64,000 nt of DNA, taken from assembly GCA_000165425.1 (NCBI GenBank), contig CT868640.1, positions 129,142-193,141 of the forward strand. Reading direction: 5' to 3'. This stretch comes from Paramecium tetraurelia. Lineage: Eukaryota. The notes under the pieces were generated by a model, which worked only from the letters and a program-made list of their open reading frames with translations, was not told the origin of the DNA and did not search any database. Below are positions 41,464 to 53,880 of this stretch, piece after piece (positions within the stretch are counted from its first letter, which is position 1; the number at the start of each line of letters is the position of its first letter). The translations under genes were made by a program, and so were the position numbers.

Positions 41464-43024
41464 TCAAAAGATTGATGATCTTAATGTATCTTAGATATCA
41501 ATTTACAGATATGTTCATATCTACTCTACATTTTTTCACTTTTATAGTTAAAATGCTACCATTTTAATTTTTGGTTCCTAACAATAATATCTCCAATTGT
41601 GAAATAGAATTGAGGGACTCTTTCACTCTTTTTCATTTTAAAATCATTTATAAAATCGTTTCTTGTTGCTGATATCCACTATATCAAATACTCATCCTTC
41701 TCTTATTAAACAGTTTAAGATTCATTTAAACTTTCTAATATCTTCTAAAAAGACTATTTTAATTCATTAAGTTTTCTTAATTAATTGAGTTTCTTAATTT
41801 AGTTTTAGGAAGTATAATATTAAAAAACAAAGTGCAAATCAATATTCTCAAAATAAATTTGTTTCTTGCTTATTACATGTTCCTTTCCTGAATAAAAGGC
41901 CATTGATATGTTGTGCAGCAATTGTGAATCAAATTACTTTGTCTGCATATTTTTCTTAAATAGAAAGATTGTAGTTTCAATATTGCAATTTGCTATTGGT
42001 ATTTTGTACTATAAATCTTCTGGATGTAATTTGGATGCGTTCGAAATATCGATGGAATCAAAGTATATGATTTTAGATAAGTTAAACTTCTAGAAATCAT
42101 TAAATACTCTACTCATTTAAATGCCACCAATCCGAACGTTTTTTGTGATTCTAGTTTTATATATTGCATCATATTAATAATTTTATTCCTAAAGATATTT
42201 GTGCCATTTTAACACAAAACTAGCATTTTAAACTAAGAAGATTATTATATAAGCCTTTGACAATCTTTGTTAAAATAATTGATGTACATTTTCAGTGTAT
42301 TTTTAAATTCTCTTCTTAAATTACAAACGCAAAAAGCATTTTCGCATTATTCTTAATTTTTTGAACTTAAACTAATACTACAACTAGTGACCTCATTGGA
42401 GTTCTCCCAAAATGAACATGATCTTTTTAGTATAACATCTTATCATAAAGATTAATAATTACTTTCAAATTAAATAATTAAAATTTTATCATAATCTTCC
42501 TCTTTTAATTCTGAAGATTTGAACAAACATTTTAAGCTTGCTCCTTCTTATAGTTGAGAAAATTGTTTATTTTAATAACATATTTAAACAACGTGGTCAA
42601 GGCTTTTTTATTTTTTAATCAGTGGTTTAGCAAATAACTATCGTGTTTACAGTTTAATTGAATTCAGATTGTTTTGGGAAGGCAAGGAAGGCAAAATTTA
42701 TTTTTACGATTTTAACATGTTAAAATTTGCTAAGTATCTCTAAGAGATAGAACTTTCATTTTTTTAGAAATAAGGATCCTCCATAGCATTAGTTTAATTT
42801 TCAAAAGTAATCCTCCTTTACGGTACTATTAATTTTGCTGAATTAGTAATTAATATGGTTTCCTCAAAATCAGATGTTTAGTTGTTTTTTTATTTCTTCT
42901 CCTTAATTCTCCTTTCCTCTGGGCTCAGCTATTACTTTTGTTGTAATTCAAGCAACCCTTTATACTTGCTAAAATATGATTGTCTAGGAAAATATAAAGT
43001 GCTTGTTATTAAGGGATTTTGCAT
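41464..43024 (-). CDS. Hypothetical protein (3' end approximate)
   Basis: ATG at 43024 gives MQNPLITSTLYFPRQSYFSKYKGLLELQQKQQLSPEERR... A long code-6 frame with at least one intron. No domain recognised. Confidence 0.55.
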
Positions 43025-44004
43025 TAAATAAATAAACTATTTTAGTTTAATCATAAAATAATCAAGCGAAATTGAAGAATAAAATATGGGTTAAATAAAA
43101 TTGAGTTTTTCTCCTTTTTCCCTCCATCTTAAATGCTTTTATCATTCCACATTCATTTGAAGAATCAAAAGTTGTTTATGCTAGTATAATTAGTATTGCC
43201 TCCATCTCAGGTCCAGTAAGTATCAATAATCTTTATGAATTTCTATTGATTGCTAAAGTTATTGTAAAATTTGATATTACAATTGATTATTAAAGATTTT
43301 TAATATTTATTATATCAGATTTGAATATAGAGGTCATCTTCTGAGAAACATTTAGAACCATTATTGTCTACCTTATATTTTAAGCATTTATATTATAAGA
43401 AAGACCTTTATTTTGATTTTTTAGACTTAGAGTAAAATTTTAGAATGACCATCATCAAATCATAATCAATAAGGAAAATCAATAAATATGATTACATCAA
43501 GGCAATAATCATTGGATGAGACAACTAATTTCATTAAGGAATGTGTGCTGAAAAAAATTGTGAAAATATACAATCTGAATGTTATGATATTCATATAGAG
43601 TAAGACGAAATGAGGAATAATAAAATAGCTTACAATTGGAGTACTTTTAGATCTAATGTTGGATACTTACATAGTACAAATTCTCAAATTAAAAAATATT
43701 ATTAAATAATGCATATGCATTTTTAACAAATAAGCAATATAACTATTATGTTGTTTATTTATTTTTCTATTAATCAGAGTTATCTTATATTAAACATTCA
43801 TTTATATGATCATAAAGTAATATCTATATTAAATTATATTATTATTCTTCCAATTATAAAGGAAATACTAGTAACTTCTTATAAATAATATTCTAAGGGA
43901 TAATGAAATAAGTGAAAAGACATAATAATCTGAAATATTGAATTAAGAATATTTAAGTTTAAGAAGATAATGAAATTTATTTAATTAATTATTATTACAA
44001 AATA

Positions 44005-44885
44005 ATGAATATGAATTAAACAAAATTGGATTGCTACAACAAAACACAAGCTGCAAGTTCTGGAGCAAAAGGAGTAAACACTTTTGTCTCTGGAACTCTG
44101 ATGTCCAATTGGCATGAAGAAGCTCAATTAAAGGAAGACACTGGATTTGGAAGAGCTCCTGTTCCTTAACATATAAAAAAGAAGCATACAGATTTGATGC
44201 TAAAACCTCCTGAAGAAATTCCTCTTTACAAGGAACCCATAAACCAAATTGATACAACAACTAGGCTATTTGGTAAAATATAACCTGACATTCCAAAACC
44301 AGCCTCACAAAAGTAATAGATTGATATATTCATAGTGTTGGAGGTACTGTAAACAGGGCTGATTTAGTACCCAAAGTTGGAAAGAAAGCCTAATTAATTG
44401 AATAATAATACCTGTAATAAATTCAGGCAGAATTAGACTCTCGAGAAGCAGACAGTTTCAGTTAAACATAATAGAGATATTTTGAAACAACATGCAAATA
44501 AGAATTCACTTAGGTAAGAATCACTATTTACTTTTTTAGAAACCAATAGAAAATAATACTATTGGAAGAAGAGTGATGAGAACACAAAATGGAACTGCAA
44601 TAGATGGAGACAAAAAAGATGTTGATTTGTTGAGTGACATGGGATTTTATTAAAAGTATCACTACTAACCTACCCTATGATAGACCTCAACTGTCAACTG
44701 ATTAATAATTGGCATCAGTTTTACCACAAGAATCATATCTAACAGCAAAACCTATTACATTTCATTCTGAAAAGCAAGGCTAGGGAATCATCTATCAATC
44801 TAAACCAGTCAATGAAGTTAGGCCATTTCATAAAACAGATTAGTTTGTTAAAACATTTCATCACTTCACTCATGTCAAGAATTGA
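44005..44885 (+). CDS. SPAG8/CFAP143-like ciliary microtubule inner protein
   Basis: NWE-type motif TLMSNWHEEAQLKE, then VGKKAQLIEQQ, RYFETTCKQEF, YLTAKPITFHS and PFHKTDQFVKTF. These are collinear with recalled SPAG8 motifs (NWEEE, GKREAMLE, QPETFW, PFRKNCSFS). Confidence 0.7.
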
Positions 44886-45087
44886 GAAAAATTTGAATAG
44901 CTAATTATGCAAGATAATAATAATAATTTAGTATCACTATTACATATCAATTTTAATCCTTAGACTTCTATTTTTACCTTTATTCTAATTACCTATAGAG
45001 TAGCTTCTAAAATTATAGATATTATTAATATTCAAAAATGAACTTAAATTATTTTTACATCTTTATAAAATACATGCCAATACTCAA

Positions 45088-46487
45088 TCAAATGTAATCC
45101 TTTTTGTATTATAACAATTAATCTGTCATTCTTAAATGAATCATGTATAATTCATAAAACCTTCCTAAGCATTCAATAATTGCATTCTTAAATTAATTAC
45201 TATCTAATTCATTTTTTTTTTCGTAATAAAATTCTGCAAAAGTCTTTCCATCAAACTCCTTGATTGTAGAAGAAAAGGCAAGAAGGTCATTCAAAATTTC
45301 CTTGGGAGAACCTTAAATATATATGATTGATGTATACCTTTGAGTTGACAGATTAACTCATCTTTGAATGCTTTAACTGAGAAATCTACTAAGATTGTTA
45401 ACTCATGTTCTTGACTATTCTACTGGTTGAATAAGTTGATCATTTACACAATTGGTTTGCAATCAAAATATTAATAAAAGTCCCAAGGATCAATATGAAT
45501 CTTTAACTATTGCTTTTATAAGTATTCAGCCTTTTTTTCATTGTGTTATGCTAGAATCTCATACAATTCTTATGCGAGATGATAATACAAAGGACTTTGA
45601 ATTTACAAACTGAATGGACTTGGTTTGGCTAAAGTTGCTGAAGGAGTATGTGATTGCAATGATTCTAACTAAAAGTTGAATTACATTTAAAATCATACTT
45701 CTTTCTCTAATTCATCATTTAACAAGTCTTCACAAGAATCTTTTTGTAAAACAGCGACAGTAAGATTACTATGTCCAGGTCTATAGCCACATGAGTCCGA
45801 AAGTTCTTTTAAAAGATTTGACAAGTACACAGTTTTGGTGGTTCTCTCGTAAACATAAGACTGAATTGTCTCTTATAATTTTTAGTGTGCAACAAAATGA
45901 TCATAAATTTGATCCATAACTAATAACGTTTTATTAGACTTTGCAACTTATTTGGCATATTATAATGCGTATTTTGGTAAAAAATAATTAGATCCTTAAT
46001 TTTCTGCATGTTTAAACCAAGTGGTTGTCTGGATTGGAGATTTCCCATAATAGATAATCTAATCGAAAGAGTTCAACTTTTTTAGAAGCTCTTTATCTTT
46101 AATGATAAGCATTTGCCCATACGTAATCGGATGAAAGAGATCGATATACACATTATGTGTTAAAATTTAATTCTATGGAAGGACTCTTTTTGGTAATTTT
46201 TTGCCATCTGTTGTATTTTCATTTGATTCCTTTATGTCTGCTATCGTACAAATATCATTTTAGGGATAAGCCTTTAATGAATCGACATGTTGAATAGGTT
46301 CTAATACTTCTGATGGTTGTAATAATAATGCTAATTGATTCCTTTCAAAAATGGACATGACTACTCCAAATGAATTTCCAAACTTTAATGTCTCGCCTAA
46401 TTTAACTGGATTATCATGAGCAAAAAGAATCATATCATCTGATTTCTTTAGAATCAATGAAGACATTCTACTTATTACTTTCATCAT
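45088..46487 (-). CDS. Divergent F1-ATPase alpha-subunit-like protein lacking the Walker A motif (about 447 aa)
   Basis: Beta-barrel-like VKLGETLKFGNSFGVVMSI, then KRVLPQNQILTHNVYIDLFHPITYGQMLII, YFLPKYALQYAKQVAKSNKTLLVMDQIYDH and CGYRPGHSNLTVAVL. Removing 30-nt and 26-nt introns gives an intact 448-codon frame. Confidence 0.7.
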
Positions 46488-46660
46488 TAATATTATTTAT
46501 AAATTATTTACAAACTAATTCTATTTTTAATGATAATAAAATTCCTATTATTCAATTATTATTGATGACCAATATGAAGAAGCAGATTTACAAAAGTGCT
46601 ATAATCAATTTGGTGGCAAGAATTGTATAAGCAATAATGATTTTATTATAAAGAAACAAA

Positions 46661-48139
46661 TCAATGTTCATATAGCTTCTCTGCTTTTCTTGTCTTTTGA
46701 TTCATAGAGTTGGATATACTGAGTAACCATTTCATTGACTTATGACTAGCTACTTTCCTTGAATTCTTTTCTAATCAATTTTGTATAAACACAAAATAGC
46801 AACACAAAAAAGATGACCATAACGATTATTATGATTGCTATAGTCAAATAAAGATTGGTTGATTTATCCGTTTAAAATATATACCCATCAACATATGTGC
46901 CACAAGATTCTGGTGGAGTTTCAAAACTATAACAAATATCAAGGAAAACATTTGCTCCAGTGATTTATCCTAAGTAATCTTAATGATTTATTATGATTCC
47001 TGGCAATTCCTGTATACCAGCAGTATTCCATAGTCTCAATTAATCATCTAGAATCTTGTTTTCCTTGTAATTAAAGATCTCACTCTGAACTTCAAAAATA
47101 CGTATTGATTGCTGATCACTTATACACTTTTCGACTTTCTAATTGTCAATGCCAACTTCCAATTGCACCTTTGGAGAACAACCTTCAAACTCTTAAGCTG
47201 AAGTACAATTATCTCTGAATGATTGCTAAGTTTTGAATAATCTTTTACCATATATTCGAACCATTAGTCTTTGCTTTGATTAAAGATACATAACTATCTA
47301 AGTGTCTCTTGGACAACCATTCTTCCAGTTCCAACACCTCTGCCATCAGGATCAGGGGAACAATATTTACCATAACTTAGACAATTCTTATAATCTACCG
47401 GTCTATCTGGAGTATCAATAATTTGATATAATTGATACAAGATGGTAAAGTTAACTAAAAATATGGGTGAGAACATGTACATTATTCTTTTTTCAATTTT
47501 TCATAATAAGGTTGAAATTCTCTTAGAAATTTATATGTTGCTCCTGATTAAATTGAGAAGGCAAATAGGGCATCTACATTTTTCTATTAGCGAACATCAA
47601 ATTTGATAAGCAATTGAATTTGATCTGCTTCTGATTTGACTTTTGGACTCTTCAAGTATTTTGTCAAAACCTCCCCATCTGATTTGGATATAAAAATGCT
47701 AGGGATTTATAACTACGTGATATTATATCAAATACTCCATATCCTGTCCCGTCATCAGACATTGTTATGTTGTCTATTATCTCAGCCTTATCATCTTCTA
47801 TTATCGCCAATTGATATCCTGCTTTCTATGCATGTCTAACTTTAGTCACAAAGGAACAGCCTCCTCTTTTAATTAGTACAAAGTTGCTTTTCGCAGTTTA
47901 ATTAATATCCGTGCAAGCTTCGAATGGATCTGACATATCAAGAGTCCCACTTAATCTACGACCCCAAGGAACATTTCTATATTGGTCCATAAATTCAATG
48001 TTTACCCAAAGTTTGCTATGCTAAATACTATTTCAGCATTATTTTTGGCAAATTCCTATTTCAATTCTTCTGGACCGATAACTTTCAGTTTTCCTAATGC
48101 TAGTTCAACCGAGATGAGGAATAATGCTAATATTAACAT
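46661..48139 (-). CDS. Vacuolar sorting receptor (PA domain, thioredoxin-like VSR domain, TM, short tail)
   Basis: Signal peptide, [77 protein letters not shown], and a C-terminal TM followed by a basic tail. Confidence 0.88.
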
Positions 48140-48292
48140 TTTCAATTATTAAATTAGAATTATCTTTTCATAAAATTTCTCAACAATTATAAGAATAACA
48201 TTAGTAATCCAAATCGAATAGATTAACTTAAACTTTCATATGGAGAGAGAACTCAAAATTTTTATAATATTAAATTATATATTCTGTTTTGT

Positions 48293-48965
48293 ATGAGATT
48301 AGTCGTTTGTGCTTTACTTTTATTTTCAACTGTAATAGCTATTCCCAAGAAGCAAATCTTACTTGGAACAAAATAGGATGAACCAGTCATTACTTAAGAA
48401 ATTAAGTCAAGTGATGTAGAATAAGCACCTTAATAATAAACTGATGTTCAATAAGATGAATAAAGGAATGAATTTAAATAACAAAATACTGACTAGAGCG
48501 ATAATGAGAGGAGTTTAATAGAGCAGCTCTCTTAGTTTCAAAACTACTTCGAGATTTTGTTATCGAAATAACAGTAGATTGGAGTTTTCTTAGTGTGTAT
48601 AATTTGTTTTGCCTTTTATTTGATGATAAAATTAGAAGATAGAAATGTAAAGAAGAAGGAGCATAATCCAAAGAGAATGATTAAAAGGCAGTGTTAAGAA
48701 CACAATATTTTTATATTGACTGATTCATTATATGAAAAAAAATATACAAATTAACCATTGATTTCTACAATTTTTGGATCAATTAATTACGAAGAACATG
48801 TGTTTTTATATGTTTTAGCTTTTTAGAAATAAATCATCTGATGATCTGAAAAATAAGTAGCAGATTCCCATTATGAGGAGATCCAATTCTTAGCCATTTC
48901 TGAAACAATAACATCCAGATTATTCGGCTGAAGAAATACACAATTTATTGAAGGATATTAATTGA
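48293..48965 (+). CDS. Small type-I membrane protein, hypothetical (stop at 48841 or 48965 depending on splicing)
   Basis: Signal peptide MRLVVCALLLFSTVIA, a Q/E/D-rich ectodomain, TM IGVFLVCIICFAFYLMI and a basic cytosolic segment. Confidence 0.55.
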
Positions 48966-49092
48966 TGAACTTAACAATGTTTATTCATAATAATTATAGA
49001 AACAGCACCTTATTATTGAGTATTGCCTTAGCATTAACTAATTAATCTAAAGTAATTTAAAAAATGATTAAATTTTATTTAAAAAATATTAA

Positions 49093-49442
49093 ATGGTGAA
49101 CGTACCTAAAAACAGGAAAACATATTGCAGAAAATGTGGAAGCCATTAAAGTTGCAAAGTGTCTCAATACAAAAAGAGCAAGGAAAGTCCATTTGCTTAA
49201 GGCAGAAGAAGGTACGACATGAAACAGGCTGGGTATGGTGGATAAACAAAGCCAATTTTCAGAAAGAAGGCAAAGACAACTAAAAAAGTGGCTTTAAAGT
49301 ATAGATATTTTTGGAGAATAGGCTTGAATGCGTCAAGTGTAAATTAAAGTGGTTGAAAGTTATTAAGAGATGCAAGACTATAGTCTTTGTTGATGCTAAT
49401 TAGCTCAAAAAGTAATAAGAAGCCAAGAAGAATGCTAAATGA
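49093..49442 (+). CDS. RPL36A: 60S ribosomal protein eL42 (L36a/L44)
   Basis: MVNVPKNRKTYCRKC...[40 protein letters not shown]. One 23-nt intron at 49299-49321. Confidence 0.97.
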
Positions 49443-49744
49443 GATAATTACAGTATTATAATAAAATACATATGTACATTTAGAATAGATTAAATTGCAT
49501 TAGATTTTTTTTCAATTTTCTTAAATCAATCCATAAATTATCATTATCCAAAGTAATGTCATCTTCTGAATGAGTTTCATACTGGCTCTATCTAACTTTG
49601 ATATTGAAGTCAATCGAATATTTAAAGATTATCCAGAGAACGAATTCTGGAGTGATGATTATTAATATTAATATATGTAGAACTATGAATAGATACTAAA
49701 AAATAAATAATTTTATTGTTATGCCTATATTTTTGATTATTCAA

Positions 49745-51119
49745 TCAGGCAATCCCCTTAAAGTTATTCACTTATTAGTTCGCTAGTAATTTCAATTCAA
49801 CAGCCTTCCTTGACTTTTTATATTTCCCAACATACACCATACAATTAAATTAAAACCTACTTTGTTATCATTATAATACCTTAACAATGATCCTTGCTTT
49901 GAAGTCTTCAAAACCTCTTTAGTTACACCCGCCTTTTATAAATCATCTAAATGAACAAATATATCTGATTTATCATCGTCCATAACAATAAATCCATAAT
50001 TCTTTTACTCATCAAAAAATTTAAGTCTTCCAGTATAAATTGGATTAGATAATTGTTTCTTTTAATCAGTCATCTGTAATTTGTTATTCAATGGAGGACA
50101 ACTAGTTGTTGATACTAATTCCAAAGGAGGAAAGAATTCTAAATCATCAATATTTGGGATTCCCTCCTCATATCTAAATGCAGATTATTATTATTATGAA
50201 GATGGTTCAGTTTTTTTCTTTTCTTCCTAAATTGAAGAAAATGGTTTAAATGTATTAATCTAATCTAAAGATGGAAATTGATAATCATCCTAAATAAAAG
50301 CCTACTATTTTGTTTATGAAAAAAATACTAAATTAAATCAAAATAATTACATGCTCTATCTTGTGGGAGAGACTACATTTATGTGATCATTTATTATTCT
50401 TTTTATTCCCACTAAAAATCAAAAATTTAGTGTTCTGATAATGATTTCTTGTGTCTTCTTACCAATTTCTACTAATCCTTTTCTGGAGTAGTATTTATTT
50501 AAGGTAGTACAAGATTCTATGGGTTATATGTATATTTACATCCTAGAATATCTAATCAAATGCGTATGATTTCACTTATTCTTCATTGTCCATTTATGGT
50601 ATCATCTCTTCCATGGCGATTAATTTATTCATTTGATCTGTTGTAACTAAGGCTAAATATCCTGTTAAATTGGGACTATAACAAAATATCGTTAAAGTTT
50701 TGGTGTATTGAGGAGGTACATAGACATTACAAAATAGTTGGTTCTTTTGATTAGTGAAGAATTCCTTAATCTTAGTTTTCATGATGGTTGCATACAGGGA
50801 AATATATTACTAAAAATTAATTTGTGATGAAAATTACTTTTTCATTAAGCGATTCGCTTTCTATTATAGCTAATGTTAATTCATATCTCTAAATTAATTT
50901 TGGGAATTCTTAATCTGATTTGTAATTTTATTTGGCCGTTTTAAACAAATGTTCCTTAATCGAGGCATCAGGAGTGTAGAAATTGGCAATAGTGAGTACA
51001 TCCAATAAATGCATACCTGACAATCTAGAAATGAGTAATTGATTGATACCAATTTCGCCTTTGTATATTAGTGTATGCAAATCATTATCATTCAACACCT
51101 ATCTTTACTATTATATCAT
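49745..51119 (-). CDS. Protein with C-terminal cold-shock (OB-fold) nucleic-acid-binding domain
   Basis: YTGRLKFFDEQKNYGFIVMDDDKSDIFVHLDDL (RNP1/RNP2-like) ...KSRKAVELKLL. The N-terminal region is unassigned. Short introns present. Confidence 0.8.
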
Positions 51120-51283
51120 AATTAAAATATATGTAAATATTTGTAAAATAGTATTGTTTATATTTAGATGTATATGATACTCATTATTCTAAAATTAGAG
51201 TTTGACCTAGTTGCAATAGAATAACTAGGTCTCATCATATAATAACATTAATAATAGAAATAAATTAAACTAGACTGATTGCA

Positions 51284-51992
51284 TCATTATTTTTTGGTTT
51301 GTATTCTATCAAAAATCGATTCTTTTGCATCCATTCTCAGTCTCCCGCCCTCTTTGAATCCTCTGCCTGATTGAAATTAACCCAATACGATGACCTTGCT
51401 GGATTGTTGATAATTTGGAACAGCACTCATTTAATACCCATTTTCTTTGTAGTTGTTAATAAGTTCTAATAAAATATATATAATTCAAAACCAATTGCTT
51501 AATCAGCAGATTATTAATTTGAAAATGTAATAGTGCCTTATTTGTTATTAATCTAAATTAGGACCATCTCTTACTTATACTCCTAATATGTTGGAATCAT
51601 CATTTATTAACTATTTCAATTCGTTAGACGTTGATCCATCCTTTATATTCCTAATAAATATTGGGAATGATCCAGTAGGCTTCTATTAATTTTGTTTTTT
51701 TGATTCTAAGATAGAATGAAGATTTGCATTTACCTCCTTTTGTGATATTCAAAATCCCATGCTTTTTAGGCTATTATTGATGAATTTACATATTCCCTTA
51801 GTGAGAATGGTTCTTAATCTTGATTATTTGTTTCCTTATGTCCTTCTTCATTATTTTGGGGGCGTACATATTTCCATTCTCCTCATCTGATTCCTATTTT
51901 GATTTTGATGCTGACTAATAAGATGGCTTATATTCTTATTGATGATCTCTTATGATGTTGATACTTTTAGAAAATATTTGATTTTTTTTCAT
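51284..51992 (-). CDS. Hypothetical low-complexity protein
   Basis: ATG at 51992 gives MKKNQIFSKSINIIRDHQQEYKPSY... and ends KESIFDRIQTKKQ*. No domain recognised. Confidence 0.5.
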
Positions 51993-52075
51993 TTTATTGA
52001 TATTTATATTAAAGAATCCCTCCATTTGCATATTTAATACTAATTAATTATAATAGCTATTATTCACAAAATCGG

Positions 52076-53657
52076 TCACTAAGAGAATGAGGCTGATAAC
52101 TCTTTTATAGCCTCGACAATTGAAACACAATTTTGAACTGTTTTCAAATTAAATATCTTATTGTTTTAACTACGAACATCATCAAATTGATTTAAACATT
52201 GTAGATAATGTTACAAATGTAGTAATTCCTATTGAATAATAAAGCAAATTTATACTTTGTCATTCTTATCATCTAAGTAGGGAATGATTGGTATCCCATT
52301 TTCGACTTAAAAAGCAAATGAGTAAGCTGAGTTATCCACCAAAACAATATCTTTCATATTTCTGTTAAGAATTCTTAAGTCTTTGATGTGGCAATTATTT
52401 GATATTTGAATGCAATCATCACGAAACAATCTATAGGATACAAGTTTATGTTGTGGATCTAAATAGTCAATAATCTTGTTCGCATAATCTGGATTTGAAG
52501 CTGTGAAAACCATAATTTCGTAATCCTTAGCCATATTCCTTAAGAATTATTATGCATAAGGCCTTATACTTATTCCAACCTAAATTACAAATTATCCATA
52601 CTTGATAGATTTGCTCATTAAATATTACTGGAATGAAAAAATCACTCTTCAAACAACTAAACTCATTACAATGAACTAGAGTTTCATCTAAATCGATAAT
52701 CAAAGTCTTCTAAATTTCTTGATTTAATTACACTTTGATACTTTTTTAAGGTTAAATTTAGCCGGACAAAGTACATTCTGCTGGGCATACAATTAATTTT
52801 GATTTTTGCAGATTGTCAAATAATTAAGAGAAATGGTTTAAGTACATTTATGCCATAAAAGGATCTTTCATTGTTCCCTTCAAATATCCAATTAAGTTAT
52901 GCATATAATATTAATTTTATAATTAGAGTGCTAGAAAGTTAATATAATTAATATTTACTAGCTTCATTCAAAATAGCTTCTTGGTGAATGATAGCTCCCG
53001 TTGATGGAACCTAAACTAATTCTTGTTGATCATTTTAAATAGATATTTGCTAAGTTACTACTTTTTCTGTTCTTCTTTGAGTTTTGCATTTTTCAGTAAT
53101 CTATTTTTTACTGACCTAAGTTTTAGCACCTCTAATATTACTGTTCTTTTGCTTCTTGATTTTTTTACTTGTTTGAATTGACCATTTTTGTTTTTCTAAT
53201 GATATACTGAAAATTATTATATTCATATACAAAGACGAGTTTTGAGACGTGCAAGTCAAATTATCATCCATTAAAGGAAATATTTGAGAGAATGACGATG
53301 ATTCATGCAATTTTATATTGCATTTTACCTAATTAGATTTTGATAATAGATCATCAATATTCACCAAAGATTGTTCTTAGAACTTCTTATTATTTCCTAA
53401 TTAAGGATCAATTTTTTCTTATTAACTTACTATAGAATATATCTACAATTTCATACATGTGATTGGGAAGCCATTTTGAGATGCTTAAATTGAAGGGATT
53501 TGTGTTTGTTGTTCACTTAGGTAGATGCTTGCAATAACATAATTTTCCTATGATTAATGACGATTGGTACTTGATTTTATTGAATCAACTTTTCGTTATG
53601 AACAATATCATTTTAAAATTTACACAACAGTATTTCATCTTTTTCATTTGTTTTCAT
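52076..53657 (-). CDS. CTD small phosphatase-like (FCP1/NIF, HAD family) protein
   Basis: KTLIIDLDETLVHC, RPYAQQFLRNMAKDYEIMVFTASNPDYANKIIDYLDP, LFRDDC and KDLRILNRNMKDIVLVDNSAYSFAFQVENGIPI. Confidence 0.92.
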
Positions 53658-53880
53658 ATTGTATTATTAAATAATTTACACAAAAGAGATTAGTTCATGA
53701 AATTGAAAAGAAGAATGTAAAATGGGGGTAAAAAGATTTCATTAAAATTTATTTATTACTAACATTTTTTTAGTTAATTTCTTTTTCAAAATATAATATT
53801 GAATAATAAATCATGCATTTGTAAATTTACATTTATATAAGTTGATAGAACAATAAAAAATGATAATAAACTTTTGAATT

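Noticed and set aside
43086..43720. Possible small plus-strand gene
   Set aside because: Early TGA stops and no consistent splice model or motif. It is at most a remnant.
49500..49740. Short hairpin (TCCAGA...TCTGGA) and a GTGATGA box downstream of RPL36A, suggesting a snoRNA
   Set aside because: There is no matching downstream CTGA D box and no convincing two-hairpin H/ACA layout. A 6-bp stem is expected by chance. An Rfam scan would be needed.
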